A stretch of DNA of 64,000 nt from contig NC_092677.1 in assembly GCF_964355755.1 (NCBI RefSeq), forward strand, positions 14,964,101-15,028,100, in the 5' to 3' direction. The DNA comes from Antedon mediterranea. Taxonomy: Eukaryota; Animalia; Echinodermata. Every line of letters begins with the position of its first letter. Position 1 is the stretch's first letter. The notes below the pieces were generated by a model. The model was given only the letters and a program-made list of their open reading frames with translations, made no database searches and had not been told where the DNA came from. The position numbers and the translations under genes are program-made. Below, piece after piece: positions 28,366 to 40,877 of this stretch.

Positions 28366-28900
28366 TTACAATAAACATGGACTTTGTTTATGGTTTCCTT
28401 CTTGTTTTGTGAGCACGTTTAGAATGCATTTGGTTTTTGTCTTCCCACTGTTTGATGACGAATTAACAGTTGCAAATTTACCGTTGGTGGACTTTGATAT
28501 TTTAGTCTTGTCTTTAAACTGATATACTTTATTCTTTTTGTATTTTTTGTTGCGTTCATCTTCTGACATACCGCTCCATTTCAGTTGGTCCATTTCAAAT
28601 TCTTTGAACTTTTTTGACAATTCAAAACCACCCATTCTTACAAACAACATTTTAACGTCTTTTATCCGTCCTTTTACAATTTTTTCTAAAATTTGAATTC
28701 AGTTAATTTTTTTTGTTTCCAGTCAAAAAATGACTTAATGGCATGATTCATGGACTCATTGCTATTGTTCGTCCAACCAACCTGAACACAATCTGTGTTT
28801 CCAAATTTTGTTCTTAAGTTCATAAAAAATAGCATCTTGTGCAACATTTAACAATTTCAAACGACTCTTCAGATTCTGTTTCTAATAGTTTTCCCATGAA
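28366..28900 (-). pseudogene. MULE-like transposase C-terminal fragment
   Basis: WTNSNESMNHAIKSFFDWKQKKLTE resembles the TNN.xESxN catalytic-E region of Mutator-type transposases. Confidence 0.5.
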
Positions 28901-28992
28901 TTACTTGTCTAACTGATCTAGTCTACATTATGTGTCAAGTACTCTTTTAAACAAATGCTTTTTACATATTGTCTGGTAGGTCTTACACAAAC

Positions 28993-29076
28993 TGTTCATT
29001 TGTCCATCATGGTGGATCAGTGTTCATTTGTCCATCACGGTGGATCAGTGTTCATTTGTCCATCACGGTGGATCTG
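28993..29076. repeat. 28-bp tandem repeat, 3 copies
   Basis: tgttcatttgtccatca(t/c)ggtggatc(a/t)g repeated three times. Confidence 0.95.
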
Positions 29077-29459
29077 TGCCAGGATAATAGTTAATACTAA
29101 CTAGACCTAGCCAGACTAGGCCCTGTTGTTGACGTTAGCTTTTTAAATATTTTATTATAGGACTAGGTAGGTCCTACTAGGGCCAGGCAAAAAAACTAGG
29201 CTAGCTAGAATAACAATATAATTGTTGCTGTCTTCTTGTTTTGTTTATTACAAGATGTGCCAAGGCCTTTGCACCTATCATCATTGGTACACAACATGTC
29301 TAGACTAGGCTGCAGCAGCCACTTTGACCACTGGTTAGGCCCAGCTAGTCTACTACCAAGGCATAGCTTCACAAAATACGTTTTAATATACTTACTCATT
29401 CATGCAAATATACAGTATTTCGGAGGTATCACCTCGGCTTTCGTTCTTGGAAAAAATCC

Positions 29460-29655
29460 TCCCAACAAGATAGAAAAATATCAAATTTAATCATTTCTTT
29501 TGTAAAATGTTTTCTGTGATAACTTTTATATTAATGGAAACTTGTGACGTCATGGATATACTTATGCAAATTAGTTTGTTAAAGTTGTAGAGACTGAGGC
29601 GGTGATTGGACTGAATTTTTAGAACTATTTTGCAATCTGATTGGACTGTTTTAGG
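29460..29655 (-). promoter_or_regulatory. Second, diverged copy of the Dada-element terminal promoter-like block
   Basis: tgacgtcatggatatacttatgcaaattagtttgt and gattggactg are shared with 56645-56870. Confidence 0.7.
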
Positions 29656-32600
29656 CTTCAACCACAACTTTTCCCAGCATGTTTGCCAAATGTTATCACT
29701 ATGCTTGCTTTCCAAAATGAGCCACCTGTATTTTCTGCAGTCGTTTTAGCTGACTCTGACATTATTCACTGTGTCGGAACTTTCTTTTGGAAGTTGGTTA
29801 TATATAAGCGCTTCTTTAGAGCACTTCAATTGTGCCACTCCAGGTCTATGTGGGTATGATTGGGTATTGATGTTGCCTCAAATGACTGATTAAGTTCTGC
29901 TTCAAAGTAAATGCTTTACCACATGTCACACATATGACTTTAGGGGTGGGGGCATTTGCACGATGGAATTGAGCAATAAGGTCACGGGCCATCCTATAGT
30001 ATGATTCTTCTGCTTCAGAGGCCACAACTGTAGTAGTCAAAAAGTTCCCCCATTCATTGAGCACACTTGTTACATACTGCATAGTTCCCTTCCCATCACC
30101 ATAGATTTTTTAAAGGACCTGTAAAAACATAAATGAATAGGGAAATATGGAATACTTTGCCAATAATCTATAATAAATGTGGCAGGTAATGAAAATTCAT
30201 CTTGTTTTTGAACACTTGTTTGCAGGCTCCCCCATATTACCCTTTTCAAAAATACCATGTGGCCGATCACACTTAATCCATTGTAAATTTGAGGTATACA
30301 TCTTCTCATCCCAAGATTTAGCTCAGCATCTTCAAATAAATTCATCATCAATAAATTCATCGTCAGTGGTTTCTAAAAGACAACAAAAATTATGATACTA
30401 CTAGTCAATAGAAATAACAAAACAAAAAAACGAATTTGTTTTATACCTAGATTGTAACTATCACAATAAATAATTGCATTTAAAAAGCAATAAGGTCACG
30501 GGCCATCCTATAGTATGATTCTTCTGCTTCAGAGGCCACAACTGTAGTAGTCAAAAATTTCCTCCATTCATTGAGCACACTTGTGACATACTGCATAGTT
30601 CCCTTCCCATCACCATAGATTGTCTTAAGGACCTGAAAAAGCATAAATAAATAGGGAAATATGGAATACATTGCCAATAATCCATAATATTCTATAATAA
30701 ATGTATTTATTCCTTATATCATAAAATTACCACCATCTTCTCCATCTCCATAAGATTGGCACAGTGCAGAACTTAAGGAGACGGAATGGGTACAGGATTG
30801 GTGGAGTATACTTTTGTCCAGTGAAGGGAAGTATCCCAAGCTGTGATGGGGACGAGGTACTGGTCGATTGAGCTTCAATCAACAGCGTCTGGTACAGATC
30901 TAGGCGGTCAGTATACCATTCATCATGGCCCTGCTGAACCAACCGATGCACCTTGGTCATCCAGGCTGAGTTCAGTCTGTCTGCAAGTAGAGCGGCCACG
31001 CTCTTATCAACTGCCCGCTTGCCACATATGATAGCAAGCACCACCATTACTCCAAAAGCCTCTCCGTTTGCCATCTCAGCTCTGGACATTTTTCACCAGT
31101 CGCAATAAACTGATTTAATAGCCAGACCACCCATCATCATTTTCTATTGAGCAATAAGGCCACAGGCCATCCTGGAGTCTGCATCAGCGGCCACAACTGT
31201 AGTAGTCAAAAATTTCCCCCATTCATTGAGCACACTTGTTACATACTGCATAGTTCCCTTCCCGTCACCATAGATTGTCTTAAGGACCTGTAAAAACATA
31301 AATAAATAGGGAAATATGGAATACTTTGCCAATAATCTATAATAAATGTGGCGGGTGTTTTTGAACACTTGCAGGCTCCCCCATATTACCCTTTTCAAAA
31401 ATACCATGTGGCCCATCACTCTTAATCCATTGTACAAATAAATTCATCATCAATAAATTCATCGTCAGTGGTTTCTAAAAGACAAAAAAATTATGATACT
31501 ACTAGTCAATAGAAATAACAAAACAAAAAAACGAATTTGTTTTATACCTAGATTGTAACTATCACAATAAATAATTGCATTTAAAAACTAACATAGTAGC
31601 CACTTTACCCAGCCTACATCATTCTCCAGCAACCACTTAAACTTTTCCCGGCATATTTGCCAAATAATTTCCTTGACTTATGGTGTCATAGATGTTATGA
31701 TGAGTTGTCTTCAATTGTACCATCTCTGCCCAATAGGCTGGAAGGTACTGTGCATAATTAGTTCTATCATAGGCAAAGAACCATGGTAACATCATTCTTG
31801 TAGCAGCTAAATGAAGTTACCAATCTGATGTTCTAGTAGCTCGTAGAAACATAAGCAACAACGAAATCATGTCGATAAACGAGCTCCAGAAATAAAATGT
31901 AGCATTCGCTTCTCTTTTTTTTTTAACAAATTCTTCATACAGTACATCCTACAAATAGCATCGGCATTTTTCTTGTTTCTGACACCATTTATTGAACCAC
32001 CTGCAATAATTCCAGATTCTACAAGAACATCTTTAAGGCCAGCCTGCAAATCTTTTTCCAATGACTGATATGACATACATGTGTGAAATTCACTCAGACG
32101 AACTACTAACTTCTGACCTCCTGAACCTTCGCATATACTGCTTGATCAAACACACATAGAATTTGAGACAACATGAACTTGTTGGCCATATCAAGGCTCC
32201 TATTTATTACTGTATTTATTGTGGTCAAATCAGTAGCTGACGCTTCTATGACAGGCAGATAATGGATTCCTTGATGCTGTAATTGTGACTTTGGATATTG
32301 TAACGTCCATCCATGATGATTTTTGATAAAGTAAGGTCATCTTTCCACCTACCGATAGTTATCGACATCTGGCGTTCATCCAAATTGCATAATGGTTTCA
32401 CACGATGATATTCACTCAGTTCTATGTCAACATGTTGGAACTTGCGTACCCCTTTCTTGATGGTTTGTCGTGTTTTCATTTTAGATGGCTAGTTCTCCCT
32501 TTATTGACTGCAACATAATACCATTAGTGTGATGGGTAGTACCATGGCCATTTACACTTATTACGATCAAAATGGCTCTCCAAACAGAAACCGATAACAA

Positions 32601-34849
32601 CAAATAGTAAAATGAATAAATTACTATTTAAAAATATAGTACTGTATATATGTAAATAAAATAATAATCTTACTTTCAAACGATTATCAAGATAAATCTT
32701 GACAGCAGGAAATTGAGATACAAACTGCAGGAGCTGCTCCTTTTGCCACTTCATGTGGAGACATTTGTCCCCATTCTGACAGAATTCATACAGAAGCCAA
32801 ACTGTATAACCGACATCATTTTCAAGTAGCCAATTAAACGATTATCCCATATATTTTCCAAAAGTTAATACTATAGCCGATTGCCACAAATCATTATTGG
32901 CTGAATTTTTAGCTGCAGTCTCAGATGTCTTTGGGTCCAACCACACAGGATCAATGTTCTTTTAGTCATTCCAGCCACTTTTGGAGCTTCCTTGCTAAAT
33001 TTGAGTCCTGCTTCGACCTCTTTAAAGATTGCAATGGATGGGTATTGATGTACCTTTTTATGTCCATCTAAACATTGCTTTAGGGTGTAAGTTTTGAGGC
33101 ATACATCACACTTGAAGTTCTTGCGTTCACCATTTAGCTTCATATGGTGGTTGAGATTCGACTTCACAGTGAATTTTCCCTTGCAAATAGTACACTCGTG
33201 ATTGATTGATATTAATATGGGGGTGGGGGAGGGGCTAGGCCTCTACTCTAGGAAGCAGGTCAACTCGTCACCAAAAGAATGACTTGAGCCTTTATTTAAG
33301 CCCTGTGTGGGCCTAGAGGCTAGTAAGTCTAGGCTAGCCAGGTAGGGTACAGCCTAGCTAGACCTACCTAGTAGACCCAGGCCTAAGGGCTAGCCTCTAG
33401 GCGTACTTAATAATATTAATAAAACACAAGTTCATTCATTACAATGCCGAGATCATCGGCGGCCGAAAAAGTCATAGGCCCAGGCCTACTACCTTACCTG
33501 CTCTACTAGCCTAAGTAGGCAACATTTGCCATAGGTTACCTACTCTACTATTATGACTTATAAAGCCTAGCTAGGCTTAGCTATCAGGCAGACTAAACCA
33601 GGCCAGGTCATAACAACACCATTTTACACATAGGCAATGGCCAAAGGCTTTTCTTACTTTTTATCAATGATCTTTACAGCATAGTATTCACGAGAGAGGA
33701 ATGAAACCTTCCTACACAACGGATATCCCTACACAGTACTATACTCAGCCCCTCCTCTACACCAATATTTTCCTTTGCGACGAGACGCCGGAAGTAACTT
33801 TCTAAACTTTCAGTAACAATTATAATAGATGCTCTGTACATAGGCATTTTCTCCATTTCCATTATAAGATGGGTCCTGCGTAGAAGTCGAGCGGAAGGTA
33901 TAGATGTAGATTGTATTGGTGAAGGGTAGAATTCCTTGCTGTGACGATGGAGTAGTGCTGGCAGTGTGGGCTTCATAGAGGAGTGTCTGATAAAGGTCTC
34001 TCCTTTCAGCATACCACTCATCGTGACTTTGTTTAATGATTCTGTGAACTTTAAAGGGTAACAACATTTTTTTCTACTACCCGTTTCCCACAGATAACAG
34101 GTGGGAACATGTTTTTAACTCCAGGAGCAAGCTGTGTAAGGATACAAGAGCTGAAAGCGTACCATCTGTATTGTAGCAGCTGATGTTCACAGTGCGAAGG
34201 CACATACAGTGATGACACTTTAAGCGTTCAGTCAGAAGTGTATAATTTATACGTAGACCACATACTTGACATGCTGTGCTATCATAGCCACTTTTTGTTA
34301 AATAGCTATCGAGTGGAGCTGGGCAATCAGTGTTGGGACATTTTATCTTTGTCTCCATCATTCAAACAGGTCTCCAAAAAAAGACAGGAGTTGTAAAAAA
34401 TTTGGGGTATACATATCCTCATCCCAGGATTTCTGCCAGCCTTCTGGCTTTGGAAAATTTTCCACAATTGATAAAGATGATGATGCTGCTGGTGATGATG
34501 CCAGCTTTCCAACTGATGTGATCTGAGTGGAAACATGGATTTCAGATTCCTAAAGTACATCCTCTAAAAATGTAAATAATTACAGGATAATCAGCAAACA
34601 CAATTAAATTAAATAATGCTCTCATATTTCATTCAGCCCACTTTTTATATCACCTTCTTAGCCAGATGAATAATCACACACATCAACTAAGACAGTCCTT
34701 AATACATGCTGACACCTTTTATGATGCTTTTTGAGTTAGACATAGAGAATTTCAAACATTTATATCCTATTTATTGGAATTCATTTGTTTGCTCTCAGTG
34801 TAAAATAAAAAAAGTTAATGAAAACCTTTTTATCTGCTATGGCCAATGG

Positions 34850-35225
34850 CTCATCATCATCATCATCCGTTACGCTATTCGTCTTGGGTAGACATTGCGT
34901 ACGCTAATCGTTTCCATGACTCTCTTTCGGTGGTCTGATGGTCTGTCATTAATTTTGCAATCAATGTATTTGCTTTTTTGAGTTCTTTATTTATGTTTCC
35001 TATCCACTGGTCTTTTAACTTTTCGAATAGATTCTGTCAACGCTAATTTGGCTGGAGTGTCCATCGGAAGCCTTAGCATATGTCCGGTCCATTTGTATTT
35101 TCTTTTCCTTATTATGTTTGACCATTTTAGTTCTTTCGTTCTGCTATATAGTTCTATATTTCTGATTGTGTACGGCAACTTAATTTTTATAATTTTATTT
35201 GCCTTGTTTAGAGTCTTTTTTGATT
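34850..35225 (-). mobile_element. RTE-like LINE 3' fragment within the repeat unit (second copy at ~40245-40620)
   Basis: RKYKWTGHMLRLPMDTPAKLAL..KVKRP and a (GAT)n tail. Confidence 0.7.
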
Positions 35226-38200
35226 TCTAAAATACAAAAAAAATGAGGATACTATGTCTACAGAAATAAAAAAACAAAGCAGAGAATTTGTTTTGTACCT
35301 AGATTGTAACTATCACCAGTTTAACAATTATTGCATTTAAAAAACTAACCTTTTAATATGATATAGTATAGGGGGGAAGTTTTGGACGAGTTCTAATAGC
35401 CTCTCCTTCTGCCAACGTAGATGGGAACTGGTTTCTCTTTGACTGATAAAAGCATTGAGTAGCCACTTTACACAGCCTACATCATTCTCTAGCAACCACC
35501 TAAACTTTTCCCAGCATATTTGCCAAATGTTATCACTATGCTTGCTTTCCAAAATGAGCCGCCTGTATTTTTTGCAGTCTTTTCAGCTGACTCTGACGTT
35601 ATCCACCGTGTCGGAACTTTCTTTTGTTCTTTTGGAAGTTGGTCATATATATAAGCGCTTCTTTAGAGCACTTCAATTGTGCCACTCCATGTCTACATGT
35701 GGGTATGAATGGGTATTGATGTTGCCTTGAATGACTGATTAAGTTCTGCTTTAAACTAAATTCTTTACCACATGTCACACGTATATGAAACTCTTCTCCT
35801 CATGTGTATTTATGTGCCCTGAGCACACTTGTGACATACTGCATAGTTCCCTTCCCATCACCATAGATTGTCTTAAGGACCTGAAAAAGCATAAATAAAT
35901 AGGGAAATATGGAATACATTTCCAATAATCTATAATATTCTATAATAAATGTATTTATTCCTTATATCATAAAATTACCACCATCTTCTCCATCTCCATA
36001 AGATGGGCACGGTGCAGAACTCAAGGAGACGGAATGGGTACAGAAGGGATTGGTGGAGTACACTTTTGTCCAGTGAAGGGAAGTATCCCAAGCTGTGATG
36101 GGGACAAGGTACTGGTCGATTGAGCTTCAATCAACAGCGTCTGGTACAGATCTAGGCGGTCAGTATACCATTCATCATGGCCCTGCTGAACCAACCGATG
36201 CACCTTTGTCATCGAGGCGGAGTTCAGTCTGTCTGCAAGTAGAGCGGCCACATATGATAGCAAGCACCACCATTACTCCAAAAGCCTCTCCCGTTTGCCA
36301 TCTCAGCTCTGGACATTTTTCAGCAGTCGCAATAAACTGACTTAATAGCCAGACCACCCATCATCATTTTCTATTGAGCAATAAGGCCAACGGCCATCCT
36401 GGAGTCTGCTTCAGAGGCCACAACTGTAGTAGTCAAAAATTTCCTCCATTCATTGAGCACACTTGTGACATACTGCATAGTTCCCTTCCCATCACCATAG
36501 ATTTTTTAAAGGACCTGTAAAAGCATAAATAAATAGGGAAATATCAATACTTTGCCAATAATCTATAATAAATGTGGCGGGTGAAAATTCATTTTGTTTT
36601 TGAACACTTGCAGGCTCCCCCATATTACCCTTTTCAAAAATACCATGTGGCCCATCACTCTTAATCCATTGTACATTTAGGGTATACATCTTCTCATCCC
36701 AAGATTTATCTCAGCATCTTCAAATAAATTCATCATCAATAAATTCATCGTCACTGGTTTCTAAAAGGTAAAAAAAATTATGATACTACTGGTCAATAGA
36801 AATAACAAAACAAAAAAACGTTTGTAACTATCACAATAAATAATTGCATTTAAAAACTATCATTAATATGATATACTGTAGTAATAGGGGGAAAGTTTTG
36901 GACGAGTTCTAATAGCCTCTCTTTCTGCCAACGTAGATGGGAACTGGTTTCTCTTTGACTGATAAAAGGATTTAGTAGCCACTTTACCCAGCCTACATCA
37001 TTCTCCAGCAACCACTTAAACTTTTCCCGGCATATTTGCCAAATAATTTCCTTGACTTATGGTGTCATAGATGTTGGGATGAGTTGTCTTCAATTGTACC
37101 ATCTCTGCCCAATAGGCTGGAAGGTACTGTGCATAATTAGTTCTATCATAGGCAATGAACCATGGTAACATCATGCTTGTAGCAGCTAAATGAAGTTACC
37201 AATCTGATGTTCTAGTAGCTCGTAGAAACATAAGCAACAACGAAATCATGTCGATAAACGAGCACCAGAAATAAAATGTAGACATTCGCTTCTCTTTTTC
37301 TTTTAACAAATTCTTCATACAGTACATCCTACAAATAGCATCGGCATTTTTCTTGTTTCTGACACCATTTATTGAACCACCTGCAATAATTCCAGATTTT
37401 ACAAGAACATCTTTAAGGCAAGTATCTGCAAACTTTTTTCCAATGACTGATATGACATACATGTGTGAAATTCACTCAGACGAACTACTAACTTCTGCTC
37501 TCCTGAACCTTCGCATATACTGCTTGATGAAACACACATAGAATTTGAAACAACATGAACTTGTTGGCCATATCAAGGCTCCTATTTATTACTGTATTTA
37601 TTGTGGTCAAATCAGTAGCTGAAGCTTCTATGACAGGTAGATAATGGATTCCTTGATGCTGTAATTGTGACTTTGGATATTGTAACGTCCATCCATGATG
37701 ATTTTTGATGAAGTATGGTCATCTTTCCACCTACCGATAGTTATCGACATCTGGCGTTTATCCAAATTGCATAATGGTCCCACACGTTTCACACGATGAT
37801 ATTCACTCAGTTCTATGTCAACATGTTGGAACTTGCGTACCCCTTTCTTGATGGTTTGTCGTGTTTTCATTTTAGATGGCTAGCTCTCCCTTTATTGACT
37901 GCAACATACCATTAGTGTGATGGGTAGTACCATGGCCATTTACACTTATTACGATCAAAATGGCTCTCCAAACAGAAACAGATAACAACAAATAGTAAAA
38001 TGAATAAATTACTATTTAAAAATATAGTATATGTAAATAAAATAATAATCTTACTTTCAAACGATTATCAAGATAAATCTTGACAGCAGGAAATTGAGAT
38101 GCAAACTGCAGGAGCTGCTCCTTTTGCCACTTCATGTGGAGATATTTGTCCCCATTCTGACAGAATTCATACAGAAGCCAAACTGTATAACCGACATCAT

Positions 38201-40877
38201 TTTCAAGTAGCCAATTAAACGATTATCCCATATATTTTCCAAAAGTTAATACTATAGCCGATTGCCACAAATCATTATTGGCTGATTTTTTAGCTGCAGT
38301 CTCAGATGTCTTTGGGTCCAACCACACAGGATCAATGTTCTTTTTAGTCATTCCAGCCACTTTCGGAGCTTCCTTGCTAAATTTGAGTCCTGCTTCGACC
38401 TCTTTAAAGATTGCAATGGATGGTGTATTGATGTACCTTTTTATGTCCATCTAAACATTGCTTTAGGGTGTAAGTTTTGAGGCATACATCACACTTGAAG
38501 TTCTTGCGTTTACCATTTAGCTTCATATGGCGGTTGAGATTCGACTTCACAGTGAATTTTCCCTTGCAAATAGTACACTCGTGATTGATTGATATTAATA
38601 TGGCGGGGGGGGGGGGGCTAGGCCTCTACTCTAGGAAGCAGGTCAACTCGTCATCAAAAGAATGACTTGAGCCTTTATTTAAGCCCTGTGTGGGCCTAGA
38701 GGCTAGTAAGTCTAGGCTAGCCAGGTAGGGTACAGCCTAGCTAGACCTACCTAGTAGACCCAGGCCTAGGCATATATATACAGGGCTAGCCTCTAGGCGT
38801 ACTTAATAATATTAATAAAACACAAGTTCATTCATTACAATGCCGAGATCGTCGGCGGCCGAAAAAGTCATAGGCCCAGGCCTACTACCTTACCTGCTCT
38901 ACTAGCCTAAGTAGGCAACATTTGCCATAGGTTACCTACTCTACTATTATGACTTATAAAGCCTAGCTAGGCTTAGCTATCAGGCAGACTAAACCAGGCC
39001 AGGTCATAACAACACCATTTTACACATAGGCAATGGCCAAAGGCTTTTCTTACTTTTTATCAATGATCTTTACAGCATAGTATTCACGAGAGAGGAATGA
39101 AACCTTCCTACACAACGGATATCCCTACACAGTACTATACTCAGCCCCTCCTCTACACCGATATTTTCCTTTGCGACGAGACGCCGGAAGTAACTTTCTA
39201 AACTTTCAGTAACAATCATAATAGATGCTCTGTACATAGGCATTTTCTCCATTTCCATTAAAAGATGGGTCCTGCGTAGAAGTCGAGTGGAAGGTATAGA
39301 TGTAGATTGTATTGGTGAAGGGTAGAATTCCTTGCTGTGACGATGGAGTAGTGCTGGCAGTGTGGGCTTCATAGAGGAGTGTCTGATAAAGGTCTCTCCT
39401 TTCAGCATACCACTCATCGTGACTTTGTTTAATGATTCTGTGAACTTTAAAGGGTAACAAAAATTTTTTCTACTACCCGTTTCCCCCAGATAACAGGTGG
39501 GAACATGTTTTTAACTCCAGGAGCAAGCTGTGTAAGGATACAAGAGCTGAAAGCGTACCATCTGTATTGTAGCAGCTGATGTTCACAGTGCGAAGGCACA
39601 TACAATGATGACACTTTTGAGCGTTCAGTCAGAAGTGTATAATTTATACGTAGACCACATACTTGACATGCTGTACTATCATAGCCACTTTTTGTTAAAT
39701 AGCTACCGGGTAGAGCTGGGCAATCAGTGTTGGGACATTTTATCTTTGTCTCCATCACTCCAACAGGTCTCCAAAAAAAGACAGGAGTTGTAAAAAATTT
39801 GGGGTATACATCTCCTCATCCCAGGATTTCTGCCAGCCTTCTGCCTTTGGAAAATTTTCCACAATTGATAAAGATGATGATGCTGCTGGTGATGATGCCA
39901 GCTTTCCAACTGATGTGATCTGAGTGGAAACATGGATTTCAGATTCCTAAAGTACATCCTCTAAAAATGTAAATAATTACAGGATAATCAGCAAACACAA
40001 TTAAATTAAATAATGCTCTCAGATTTCATTCAGCCCACTTTTTATATCACCTTCTTAGCCAGATGAATAATCACACACATCAACTAAGACAGTCCTTCAT
40101 ACATGCTGACACCTTTTATGATGCTTTTTGAGTTAGACAGAGAATTTCAAACATTTATATCCTATTTATTGGAATTCATTTGTTTGCTCTCAGTGTAAAA
40201 TAAAAAAAGTTAATGAAAACCTTTTTATCTGTTATGGCCAATGGCTCATCATCATCATCATCCGTTACGCTATTCGTCTTGGGTAGACATTGCGTACGCT
40301 AATCGTTTCCATGACTCTCTTTCGGTGGTCTGATGGTCTGTCATTAATTTTGCGATCGATGTATTTGCTTTTTTGAGTTCTTTATTTATGTTTCCTATCC
40401 ACTGGTCTTTTAACTTTTCAAATAGATTCTGTCAACGCTAATTTGGCTGGAGTGTCCATCGGAAGCCTTAGCATATGTCCGGTCCATTTGTATTTTCTTT
40501 TCCTTATTATGTTTGACCATTTTAGTTCTTTCGTTCTGCTATATAGTTCTATATTTCTTATTGTGTACGGCAACTTAATTTTTATAATTGTATTTGCCTT
40601 GTTTAGAGTCTTTTTTGATTTCTAAAATACAAAAAAAATGAGGATACTTTGTCTACAGAAATAAAAAACAAAGCAGAGAATTTGTTTTGTACCTAGATTG
40701 TAAATCAATTTAACAATTATTGCATTTAAAAAACTAACCTTTTAATATGATATAGTATAGGGGGGAAGTTTTGGACGAGTTCTAATAGCCTCTCCTTCTG
40801 CCAACGTAGATGGGAACTGGTTTCTCTTTGACTGATAAAAGCATTGAGTAGCCACTTTACACAGCCTACATCATTCT

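Noticed and set aside
32871-33200. Host C2H2 zinc-finger gene cluster
   Set aside because: The fingers are frameshifted, embedded in the tandem unit and contiguous with Dada-type N-terminal motifs.
33230-33610. Dense CTAG/AGGCCT palindromic motifs as a special signal
   Set aside because: The same low-complexity taggcctag motif occurs throughout the window (2930, 4560-4680, 12350-12430, 23500-23630, 29100-29210) and looks like a genome-wide compositional trait.
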